Source: Elainellaceae cyanobacterium
Lineage (GTDB): Bacteria > Cyanobacteriota > Cyanobacteriia > CAZCXK01
Assembly: GCA_051117555.1 (NCBI GenBank)
Contig: JBNPEG010000120.1
Span: forward strand, 1 to 64,000
Direction of reading: 5' to 3'
Length of the DNA stretch: 64,000 nt
Under the pieces are notes generated by a model. The model was not told the DNA's origin and did not search any database. It was given only the letters and a program-made list of their open reading frames with translations. Of this stretch, positions 53,601-62,338 are shown in pieces. A program made the translations under genes and the position numbers. Position 1 is the first letter of the stretch, and each line of letters begins with the position of its first letter.

Positions 53601-54866
53601 CTGATAGAGATGGGCATAGTTTTCACCAAAGCAGGGATCATTAATTTTGCTACCCAATACCGACAGCCAGTCTTGGCTCACCGACTCAACAATGACTTGT
53701 CCGCTCCAGTCAGGGTTAAACTGATAGACCATCACTCGATCGGTCTCAAAACACTGCCGAACTTCTTCGACAGCCGTGTTAAGAATTTCATCTAGATTGA
53801 GCGATCGCCGAATCCGCAGATTGATCCCGCCGATGATTCGTTCTTGTTCGGCTTGCAGGCGAATGGCTTCTTCCGCCCGTTTGCGATCGGTAATATCGAC
53901 ACTGGTGCCAATTAGGCGATAAATGCGCCCCGCTTCATTGCGAATGGGCGTGAGGCTAGTGAGCCACCAATTGTCCTGATCCCGAAGCGAAAGGCATTCT
54001 TCATAGGTGATCTTCGTTTCTGCAGCCAAGCAATCTTGGTAATGCTGGGAGATGGAGGCTGCTGCCGCTGGTGGAAAAACCTCATCGGGCGTTTTGCCCT
54101 GAATATCGCTGGAGCTGAGCCCAATAACGGCTTCGTTGGCAGGGTTGATTCCGGCAATCTGAAATCGACCGTCTTCAAGGACGTCGATTACAAAAATTGC
54201 TTCGGCAACGCCGTCATAGATGCTGCTTAAAAACTCTTTTTGGGTCTTGAGCTCAGCTTCGGCCTGGATGCGATCGGTGACATCCCAGAAAATCCCCTGG
54301 GTGCCGATGATAGTGCCCTGGCGATCGCGCACTGGCGTTTTGACCACATGGACATAGGCGTCTGGTCCGCCAGACGACATGGGACGGTGTTCGATGATGT
54401 CTAACGTTTCACCTGTTTGCAGAACATATTCATCATCGGCTGAATATTTCTGAGCAAGATCTGGATCATATAGGTCATACACCGTCATCCCCAGGCATTC
54501 TCGTAACGTTTTCATGCCTACCGTATCGAGGAATGATGGATTGGCAAACGTGAGTCGCCCCGCGCGATCGCGGCGATACAGGCACAGAGGCAGCACATCA
54601 GTCAACGACTGATATTGGGCTTCGCTCTCTTGCAGGCATACCTCGGTGTGCTTTCGCTCAGCAACCTCGTAGATAAACTGATCGTTAGATTCTCGAAGGG
54701 CTTCCGTTCGCTCTTCAATGGTCCGCTGGAGAGCAACGTGCGCTTCTTGAAGCGAATGCTTCTGCAGCGAGCAATCTTGATTCGAACATTCTAATTCCGC
54801 AACTCTCTGACGAAGAACAACAATTTCATCAATAAGCTGCGCTTTGGGTTTGTCATAGTCATCCAT
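50625..54866 (-). CDS. Multi-PAS, DXCF cyanobacteriochrome GAF, class III adenylate cyclase
   Basis: PAS/PAC repeats (DITDRK); GAF with DPCF and PCH; FADIVDFT, EKIKTIGDAY and YDLWGDTVNVASRME. Confidence 0.92.
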   Translation of the reverse strand: MDDYDKPKAQLIDEIVVLRQRVAELECSNQDCSLQKHSLQEAHVALQRTIEERTEALRESNDQFIYEVAERKHTEVCLQESEAQYQSLTDVLPLCLYRRDRAGRLTFANPSFLDTVGMKTLRECLGMTVYDLYDPDLAQKYSADDEYVLQTGETLDIIEHRPMSSGGPDAYVHVVKTPVRDRQGTIIGTQGIFWDVTDRIQAEAELKTQKEFLSSIYDGVAEAIFVIDVLEDGRFQIAGINPANEAVIGLSSSDIQGKTPDEVFPPAAAASISQHYQDCLAAETKITYEECLSLRDQDNWWLTSLTPIRNEAGRIYRLIGTSVDITDRKRAEEAIRLQAEQERIIGGINLRIRRSLNLDEILNTAVEEVRQCFETDRVMVYQFNPDWSGQVIVESVSQDWLSVLGSKINDPCFGENYAHLYQHGRILNLANIHTADITPCHVEFLNQFQVKATLCVPILQGENLWGLLIAHHCRSPRHWQAFEVDLLQHLANNVAIAVHQSELYHQVQAELIERSRAEEALRAAKDQLEAVLDAVPGIVSWISSDLKYLGVNQHLAQFFQRSPDEFAGRDIGFLDSSDEFRTFVQTFFDSSARDTSTEITAHFNGTLHNFLIVAQKYDYDRAAFIVGIDISERRQAEDSLRIANDQLQAALDAVPGIVSWINRDLKYLGVNRHLAQTFNLPPDIFVGQDIGFLSTSSEFEDFIREFFASPARDNLREISAHINGLPRKFLITAQKYNQDQAVFVVGIDITDRHTAEVALRQAEFKYRTIFENAVEGIFQATIDGCYLDVNPTLAKIYGYDSPEELMSHPSSIQQLYVDPVRRSEFINLLQDQDAVYRFESPVYRKDGSVTWISENARAVRDRQGNLLYYEGTVEDITDRKQAEAALRQANEELEKRVEDRTAALRELNDRLVIEIAERHRAEAALRQSETELRALFAAMTDIVVVFDARGQYVNVLSNHAGVLTDSTNDLIGKTVYDVMPSAQAMLMVVHIQRALNTGETVFLEYSLPGQPDTPASISSDAHSATLKAPLHAAPHEIWFSASVSPMPDNCVIWVARDITQRKQAEQQLQQAEEKYRTIFENAAEGIYQITDDGRYLSANPALVRMYGYESIEDMVAHLTDIATKLHVDPSRRSELIALLQQHNAVSNFEAQVYRKDGSIIWTASNARAVHDEQGHLLYYEGTVQDITERKRAEIALQDEQQRSERLLLNILPRAITEQLKESPKLIANRFDNVTILFADIVDFTGLSSQIPPTELVDLLNDIFSNFDQLADYHQLEKIKTIGDAYMVVGGLPTPRHDHLEAIAEMALDMQQRIAYFQRDDGQPFQLRIGINTGPVVAGVIGIKKFTYDLWGDTVNVASRMETQGVQGRIQVTAHVHERLQDRYLFEKRGTLHVKGWGNMSTYWLIDRNNRPTR

Positions 54867-55182
54867 AGTGATAATCTCTCAATCACTAAAAGAGAGAACG
54901 ATCCGCGGATATTTCCCTCTGATCCTTGACGATAGCGCACCGATGGATACACCGAGTGAGAAATGATGGTGCGTCCGAGCAAATCAGACAGCGGTATTCT
55001 TCTTGATGCTAGAGACCCTGATATCTAAGTATTTAAAGCAAATTAAAGATTTGAGAAAGCCATGCAACAAAACAAAACAAAACAAATTTGTTGTCTTTAG
55101 TTCAAACAATACTAACTCCCGTGTTGATTTGTATTGCACCCCTACTACACGAAACAAAACATTTAGTGCCTATCCAAAAACT

Positions 55183-55294
55183 CTAGTACCGTTTGGCATC
55201 AATAAGCCGACCATTTGAGAGAGCGGGCATCTTGTCCGTGACGTGAGCGAGACGCTCACACTATGGTTATGAAACTTCCGCCGTCTTGTACTAG
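55183..55294. mobile_element. Small MITE-like element, family B
   Basis: CTAGTAC.....GGC and GCC.....GTACTAG inverted ends; internal hairpin GTGAGCG-AGA-CGCTCAC. Confidence 0.55.
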
Positions 55295-55342
55295 CGGGTT
55301 TTCGGATTCCAAAACCTCGTCAGGGGGGGGGGTGGATAGGTT

Positions 55343-58267
55343 CTAATTGGTTTCGCGTCCTGTTAGCCAATAAGTCATCATTTCTCCCCGTCCTTTTACG
55401 TTAATGAGCCCTCGTGTCTCAAACTGATAGTCAGCGCTGAGTTTGTCGCAAAAGTCCTGAGTCACTTGGATTTTGCCTCCCATCCCTTGAGACTCCATGC
55501 GGCTTGCCACATTAACAGTGTCGCCCCATAGGTCGTAGATAAATTTCTTGATGCCAATTACCCCTGCCACAACGGGGCCTGCATGAATACCAATCCGAAG
55601 CTGAAATGGTTCGCCGTTGTCGCGCTTGAATCGGATGATCTTGTCTTGCATGTCAAGCGCCATTTCAGCGATCGCCACCGCATGATCCGGACGGGATGTA
55701 GGCAGGCCGCCGACGACCATATAGGCATCTCCAATGGTTTTAATCTTCTCAAGCTGATGGTGGTCTGCAAGCTGATCAAAGCTAGAAAAAATGTCATTCA
55801 GCAGGTTGACGAGTTCGGTCGGCTGAACGCGAACCGATAGGCTCGTAAAGTCGACGATATCTGCAAACAAGATGGTGACATCATCAAAGCGATCCGCAAT
55901 TGAGCTAGGCTGCTGTTTAAGCTGTTCGGCGATCGCCATCGGCAAAATATTGAGCAGGAGTCGTTCTGACTTTTCTTGTTCTGCCTGAAGCGCAATCTCT
56001 GTTTGCTTGCGCTCGGTGATGTCTTCGACGGTGCCCTCGTAGTACAGCAACTCGCCATCTGCATCTCGTACCGCCCGGGCATTTTCCGATATCCAGATAA
56101 TTTTGCCGTCTCTGCGACAAATCTCAGACTCAAAATTAAAAATCGCATCTTGCCGTTCGAGTTCTTTCGTAAACTCAATACGGCGCTCTGGCTCAATATA
56201 GAGATGTTTTGCATCAGTCAACTCAGCCCTGAGTTCATCCACCGACTGATACCCATACATGTCAACCAGAGCAGGATTAGCACTAATAAATAGTCCGCTG
56301 GGCGTCGTCTGAAAAATACCTTCAGCAGCATTTTCAAAAATGCTGCGATATTTCGATTCGGCTTGCTGTAGGGCAGATTCTGCCTGCTTCCGCTCAGTGA
56401 TATCTCGCGCCACCCAAATCACCTGGTTATCAGGCATTGGAGACACACTTGCCGCAAACCAAGCCTCTTCGAGAGCGGTGCCGGATAGTTGACCGCGATT
56501 GTGAACCGGCAAGCTGTATTCAAGATTGACGGTTTGCCGAGTATTTAGCGCCCGTTGAATATAAATCACGAATAGCGATGCTTGTCTTTCAGGGAGGACT
56601 TCGTAGACGGTTTTCCCAATGCGCTGAATGTCAGGTTGATAGGAAAGCTCGGTATTGGTTGAAACCATCTTCAGGTAAGTGCCCTGAGCATCAAAAACCA
56701 CGATGTAATCGGTCATCGCGGCAAATAGTGCTCGTAGTTCTGCCTCCGAGTTTCGCAATGCAGCTTCGATGCGCTGTCGCTCAGAAATTTCACTCATGAG
56801 CCGAGTGTTTAAATCTTGAAGGGCTTGAGTGCGTTCCTCAACTCGGCTTTCTAATTCTTCTTTAGCTTTACGTAGCGCTTCCTGTGCTTCACGACGTTCG
56901 GTGATATCTTCGACCGTTCCTTCGTAGTACAACAATGCGCCCGCTTCGTCTCGCACTGCCCGCGCATTTTCAGAAATCCAGGTGAGTCGTCCATCTTTTC
57001 GGTAGACCTGAGATTCAAAGCCAATTACAGCATCCTTTTCCTGCAATACCGAAATAAATTCGCTGCGGCGATTTGGGTCTACATAGAGCTGTTTTTGAAT
57101 ACTGGTTAGGCTTGCCGTCAGTTCTTTCGGCGAGCTGTAGCCATAAATTCTTGCTAGAGCAGGATTCGCGCTGATATATTGCCCATCGAATGTGGATTGA
57201 AACACCCCTTCGACTGCATTTTCAAAAATGGTGCGATATTTTGCTTCGGCTTGTTTTAGCGCAGACTCAGCCTGCTTACGTTCGGTAATGTCAATGCCGA
57301 CTGTAAAGGCGGCTCGGTTTTGGTCATATTTTTGCGCCACGATTAAGAAATTTCGAAGCGTGCCGTGAACATTAGCCGCCACTTCTCGAAAGGCATCTTG
57401 AGCCGAGCTTGCAAAAAAATCGCGGACGAATGTGTTGAATTCGCTGCTGGTGTGCAGAAAGCCGATGTCCTGATTGACAAACGCTTCGGGAGGAAGATTG
57501 AAAGTTTTGGCAAGTCGCTGGTTAACGCCTAGATAGCGTAGATCGGAACTAATCCAAGAAACGATGCCTGGAACAGCCTCTAAAACAGCCTCAAGCTGGA
57601 CTTTTGCCGCCCGAAACGCGAGCTCGGCTTGTCGGCGTTCTGCGACTTCTTCAATGAGCTGGTCATTTGACTCTCGAAGGGCGGCGGTGCGCTCTTCCAC
57701 TTTGCGCTCTAGTTCTACTTTTGCCTGATTTAATGCGGCTTCGACATGCTTTCGCTTGGTGATATCGATACAGATGCCTTCGTAATACAGCAACGTGCCA
57801 GTCGGGTCGCGAACAGCGCGAATATTTTTAGACACCCAGATCGCGTTGCCATCCTGTCGATAAAGTTGGCATTCAAACTCTTGGACAACGTCTCTCTCTT
57901 CAAGGGTTTGAATCAGCAAATAATACTGGCTTGCATCGACATAAAGCCGAGCATCCGCCTCAGCAACCGCATCGATTAGCTCTTGAGACGTTTGATAGCC
58001 GAGCATGGCAACAACGGTTAAATTGGCGTATACATATCGCCCATTGGGTGCAATTTGGAAAACCCCTGCAACCGAATTCTCCAAAAACTGGTAGTAGCGT
58101 CGCTCAGGATCATCAGGCGACTCGTTCGTCTGGAGGCATTCTTGGCCTGTCACCTTGGATCTGGCTATTTGACTGCGGATTGCAACCGATTCTTGAAGCA
58201 GTTGGTCGTTCGTAGTGGGGTCGTCTTGCATGGATGGTGGATTTTCTACCCGTGGGGATGTAAACAT
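55343..58267 (-). CDS. Multi-PAS class III adenylate cyclase, paralog of the adjacent gene but without the GAF
   Basis: PAS/PAC repeats; FADIVDFT, EKIKTIGDAY and YDLWGDTVNVASRME. Confidence 0.92.
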   Translation of the reverse strand: MFTSPRVENPPSMQDDPTTNDQLLQESVAIRSQIARSKVTGQECLQTNESPDDPERRYYQFLENSVAGVFQIAPNGRYVYANLTVVAMLGYQTSQELIDAVAEADARLYVDASQYYLLIQTLEERDVVQEFECQLYRQDGNAIWVSKNIRAVRDPTGTLLYYEGICIDITKRKHVEAALNQAKVELERKVEERTAALRESNDQLIEEVAERRQAELAFRAAKVQLEAVLEAVPGIVSWISSDLRYLGVNQRLAKTFNLPPEAFVNQDIGFLHTSSEFNTFVRDFFASSAQDAFREVAANVHGTLRNFLIVAQKYDQNRAAFTVGIDITERKQAESALKQAEAKYRTIFENAVEGVFQSTFDGQYISANPALARIYGYSSPKELTASLTSIQKQLYVDPNRRSEFISVLQEKDAVIGFESQVYRKDGRLTWISENARAVRDEAGALLYYEGTVEDITERREAQEALRKAKEELESRVEERTQALQDLNTRLMSEISERQRIEAALRNSEAELRALFAAMTDYIVVFDAQGTYLKMVSTNTELSYQPDIQRIGKTVYEVLPERQASLFVIYIQRALNTRQTVNLEYSLPVHNRGQLSGTALEEAWFAASVSPMPDNQVIWVARDITERKQAESALQQAESKYRSIFENAAEGIFQTTPSGLFISANPALVDMYGYQSVDELRAELTDAKHLYIEPERRIEFTKELERQDAIFNFESEICRRDGKIIWISENARAVRDADGELLYYEGTVEDITERKQTEIALQAEQEKSERLLLNILPMAIAEQLKQQPSSIADRFDDVTILFADIVDFTSLSVRVQPTELVNLLNDIFSSFDQLADHHQLEKIKTIGDAYMVVGGLPTSRPDHAVAIAEMALDMQDKIIRFKRDNGEPFQLRIGIHAGPVVAGVIGIKKFIYDLWGDTVNVASRMESQGMGGKIQVTQDFCDKLSADYQFETRGLINVKGRGEMMTYWLTGRETN

Positions 58268-58954
58268 CTACGTCCTTACTGGTGGCGATCGCCCTGCTAT
58301 GGCTGAATCAAGATGTTTGACTCACAACCAAAACTAAGGAGCATAATAACGGTGCGACCTGAGAACGGTAGAAAACCCTGAATTCACATTCATATGCTGG
58401 TTGATGCTGTTTAATGGCCGTCTACTTATTCATTTTTATTCATTAATTAAAATATTCATTAATCAATGAAATTAATGTCGTCTATCAACGGACATACTTA
58501 ACGTACATACAAGTATAAAGATAAATGAAGCATTGGAGATGTTGTCAGCGATACTAAATCCTGTCAGATCAGGGATTTGCGCCTGTTTACACTCATTCTA
58601 TACGGCTGAAATACCGAGGAATACGAGGAAATACGGAGTCATGAGACGAGTAATAGAGGCCGGGTGTTTACTGGCGATGACTGATGATACCTAAACTGCT
58701 AATGGGAGCATAATGGGAGCAGGAACAAATGCTGAAAATGCGGAGTGAAACCTCGGCATAATGAGTGGCTAAACCCGCCCGTCCTGCTTATCCAGCGCAT
58801 AAAGATATAGCGTATGCGCTTGCGTCAATCCTCAATATTCCTAAATATCCTGAAACATCTTGCAACACAATCCGGGGCGCGCACTGCGGTAAGCTGACAG
58901 AGAGGCGCATTTAGCCTGACGTGTGAGATTTAGATTTGAGATAACACGATACCC

Positions 58955-59917
58955 ATGATCGCGAGTCCTCCTCGTACCGTTCGGATAGGTTCCCGAAAGA
59001 GTCAACTGGCTCTTATTCAAACCCATTGGGTTCAACAACAGTTGCAGGCGTCATTCCCCGATCGCACGTTTGAGGTGCACACGATGAGCACCCACGGCGA
59101 CAAAATTTTAGATGTGGCGCTGTCAAAAATTGGTGACAAAGGACTGTTTACAAAAGAACTAGAGCTAGGAATGCTGCAAGGAGAGATCGACTTTGCAGTA
59201 CATTCTCTAAAAGACTTGCCGACTCGTTTACCCGATGGGTTAATGCTCGGCTGTGTCACAGAGCGGGAAGACCCCTCAGATGCGCTCGTGATGCATGCCA
59301 AGTATCGCGATCGCCAATTAGAAACCCTGCCTGAAGGGGCTGTGATTGGTACGTCGTCGTTGCGTCGGCTTGCTCAATTGCGCCATCACTATCCTCATCT
59401 AACCTTTAAAGATGTGCGAGGCAATCTCAATACACGGTTGCAAAAGCTCGATAACGGTGACTACGATGCCATTATTCTGGCTGTTGCTGGCTTAAAGCGC
59501 ATGGATATGGGCGATCGCATTCACCAAGTCATCTCCCCTGAGATTTCGCTCCATGCAGTCGGTCAAGGAGCATTGGGCATTGAATGCCGCAGCCAAGATT
59601 CCGATATTTTGTCGCTTCTTAAAGCATTAGAACATTCTGCAACAGCTCAGCGATGTTATGCAGAGCGAGCATTTTTACGAGAACTTGAGGGAGGCTGTCA
59701 GGTTCCGATTGGCGTCAATACGGAGATAGCGGGTGAGACGCTAACGATTACCGGCTTGGTCGCTAGCCTAGATGGTAAACGGGTGGTTAAAAATCGCGTC
59801 TCCGGATCGCTCGATACGGCTGAAACGTTGGGAATCAAACTAGGGAAACTATTGAGAGAACAAGGAGCGCAGGAGATTTTGGATGAAATCTTCGCTCAAA
59901 TCCAGCGAGAGGCTTAA
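58955..59917 (+). CDS. hemC: Hydroxymethylbilane synthase
   Basis: [33 protein letters not shown] and [10 protein letters not shown]. Confidence 0.98.
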   Translation: MIASPPRTVRIGSRKSQLALIQTHWVQQQLQASFPDRTFEVHTMSTHGDKILDVALSKIGDKGLFTKELELGMLQGEIDFAVHSLKDLPTRLPDGLMLGCVTEREDPSDALVMHAKYRDRQLETLPEGAVIGTSSLRRLAQLRHHYPHLTFKDVRGNLNTRLQKLDNGDYDAIILAVAGLKRMDMGDRIHQVISPEISLHAVGQGALGIECRSQDSDILSLLKALEHSATAQRCYAERAFLRELEGGCQVPIGVNTEIAGETLTITGLVASLDGKRVVKNRVSGSLDTAETLGIKLGKLLREQGAQEILDEIFAQIQREA

Positions 59918-60053
59918 AATTTGGCGGGTACGATGGGAGATCAGTCTCTAAAGTGCATTCCGCTCACCCAAAACCCCACCGCAGGACGTAGATTCAACTC
60001 ACGTGACCCGTTAGGGTGAGACGTGAGACATCTGCTGATTTGGGTAGTTTGCT

Positions 60054-60995
60054 ATGAAAGCAGTAACGATTGATCACTACGGTTCCTCAGACGTATTGAA
60101 CTATTCTGATATGCCCGATCCGTCTCTTGGACGAGATCACATCCTGGTCAAAGTGCATGCGGTGAGCGTTAATCCCGTCGATTGGAAAATCAGAGAAGGT
60201 ATGCTGCGATTTATTCCGGGTGGGGCATTTCCTCGAATACTCGGTTCAGATCTGGCGGGTGAGGTGGTGGAAGTTCGGGGGCAAACCGATTACAAGCCAG
60301 GTGATGAGGTGTATGGAACGCTCAGCCCAATTAAGGGTGGCGGGTATGCCCAATTTGCAGCGGTTCCTATCCGAGCGATCGCCCCCAAGCCTCCGACACT
60401 CAGCTACAGCGAGGCGGCAGCTATTCCCATAGCGGGCGTGACAGCGCTCCAGGCGCTCCGCGACAAGGGCAATATTCAAGCAGGGCAAAGTGTTTTGATC
60501 AACGGCGCATCTGGGGGCGTCGGTACATTTGCCGTTCAGATTGCTAAGGCGATGGGGGCAACTGTTACAGCCGTGTGCAGTCAGCCTAATTTTGATCTGG
60601 TTACGCGCCTCGGAGCCGACCACGCCATTGACTATCACCAAACAGACTTCACTCAAGAACCAGTCCGCTATGACATCATCTTTGATGCGGCGGGTAAGTG
60701 CACCTTCTCAGACTGTAAGAGCGCTTTAATGCCCAAGGGGGTTTACGTCACGACCTTGCCCAATGCCGATGTAATCTTTCACAGCATTTTGAGCGTTTTG
60801 TGGCCGGGGCAAACCTGTAAGACTATTTTGGTACAGCCCAATCACGATGACTTGGTGGTTCTCAACCAGTTGCTTGATGAGGGCAAATTAGAGGTTGTCA
60901 TCGATCGCACGTATCCGCTTTCAGACGCCTCAGAAGCGCATCGATACAGCGAAACGGAGCATGCAACCGGCAAAATTATAATGACAGTTCCTTAA
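60054..60995 (+). CDS. NAD(P)-dependent MDR-family (quinone) oxidoreductase
   Basis: VNPVDWK, NGASGGVG and GKII. Confidence 0.88.
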   Translation: MKAVTIDHYGSSDVLNYSDMPDPSLGRDHILVKVHAVSVNPVDWKIREGMLRFIPGGAFPRILGSDLAGEVVEVRGQTDYKPGDEVYGTLSPIKGGGYAQFAAVPIRAIAPKPPTLSYSEAAAIPIAGVTALQALRDKGNIQAGQSVLINGASGGVGTFAVQIAKAMGATVTAVCSQPNFDLVTRLGADHAIDYHQTDFTQEPVRYDIIFDAAGKCTFSDCKSALMPKGVYVTTLPNADVIFHSILSVLWPGQTCKTILVQPNHDDLVVLNQLLDEGKLEVVIDRTYPLSDASEAHRYSETEHATGKIIMTVP

Positions 60996-61330
60996 TTGCA
61001 AACGCATCTATAGCTTTACGTTCTCGTGTTAGGACGCTGAACGTGTGTAGAACCGCTGATTGAGTGACAAAAGTTCCTTGCGTAGTAGCACGGCAAGTCT
61101 CAAAAGGGGAAATTGTGTTGCATCTCGGGTTAGTGTGGCGATCGCCCAAAATTATCCGGTTAACGCGAAAATGATCGTGAAGTTTACGTCAAGAGTCATG
61201 GATTTTACGGAGGAATGATAGATTAAATTTAGTAGGCGAAATTAAGAAACATCAGGGATTTGCATCGCTTCAAATCATTGCTTCATCGTCGTTCGATCCA
61301 TTGGTGTGGTTTACGGAAAACGTTGCGATC

Positions 61331-62326
61331 ATGGATTTCTTTCAAACTGAGCCTAATCAGGATATATCCCATCTCTCCACCCATCTTTCCACCACTCATC
61401 ACGCCTCGACTCGTTTAATCTCCGCCGTATTCTCATCAGCCCAAATATCAGCCCAAATATTCACTCAGACATCGCAGTTTAATTTCACCCAACGAGTCTG
61501 GAAGATTTTGATAGGGGCAAGTCTCGCAACCAGCGTGAGCCTAGGCGTTTCGTCTGCACGTTCCCAAGAGCTTCAGGTTCCGCCGGGGCAACGATGGTTA
61601 GAGGTTAGACAGACGGTCGGCACGGTTCAATATCGCCAGGGGGAAGCATCACGACCTGCCCGAGTGGGCGATCGCCTGCAACAAGTGGGGCATGGCATTG
61701 ATACGGCATTGCAGTCTACATCGGTGCTAGAACTTGATACCCAGATTGGAGCGGTTCGAGTTGCCGAAAATACGCGGCTTCTCGTACAAACATTAACGGT
61801 CTTGAGCGATGGGGGACGCGTGACTGCGCTTCGCGTTGATCGCGGGCAGGCGCGGCTGCAAATTCGTCGGTTTACCCATCCGAGTTCAGAGCTTGAGATC
61901 GAAACACCTGCTGGGGTCGCCGCTGTCCGGGGTACTATTTTCGGTGTGACGGTGGATGAGGTTGGTAAAACCGGGGTTGCAACCCTGTCAGGCTCGATTG
62001 AAGCGAGCGCACAAGGAGAGACGGTGGTTGTGAATCCAGGATTTGCAACCACCATTATCCCTGGAGAACCCCCGACAGAGCCTCAGCCGATCGACCGCGT
62101 CTTGCAATTGAGAACTCGCACCATTCGGCGGACAAGTGGCGGTATCATTTTGAGCGGTCAAGCCGATCCTGCAAATCTTGTACAGGTTAACGGGCAAGAC
62201 ATTGCGACTCGCTCTGACGGTCGATTTAGCACGTTCATTCCGTCCTCTCCCTTTGAACCGTATGTTCGCGTTACAGTCCGCAACCCGGTTGGAGAGGAAC
62301 GAACCCACGAATTTATCGCGCGTTAA
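61331..62326 (+). CDS. FecR-domain exported protein
   Basis: Hydrophobic segment; LEIETPAGVAAVRGTIFGV FecR motif; C-terminal Ig-like beta region; start uncertain. Confidence 0.8.
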   Translation: MDFFQTEPNQDISHLSTHLSTTHHASTRLISAVFSSAQISAQIFTQTSQFNFTQRVWKILIGASLATSVSLGVSSARSQELQVPPGQRWLEVRQTVGTVQYRQGEASRPARVGDRLQQVGHGIDTALQSTSVLELDTQIGAVRVAENTRLLVQTLTVLSDGGRVTALRVDRGQARLQIRRFTHPSSELEIETPAGVAAVRGTIFGVTVDEVGKTGVATLSGSIEASAQGETVVVNPGFATTIIPGEPPTEPQPIDRVLQLRTRTIRRTSGGIILSGQADPANLVQVNGQDIATRSDGRFSTFIPSSPFEPYVRVTVRNPVGEERTHEFIAR

Positions 62327-62338
62327 AATGTTTCCCTA

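Noticed and set aside
50625..58267. Guanylate cyclase or diguanylate cyclase assignment
   Set aside because: Substrate-specifying residues are Lys and Asp (IKTIGD, YDLWG), not Glu and Cys; no GGDEF motif
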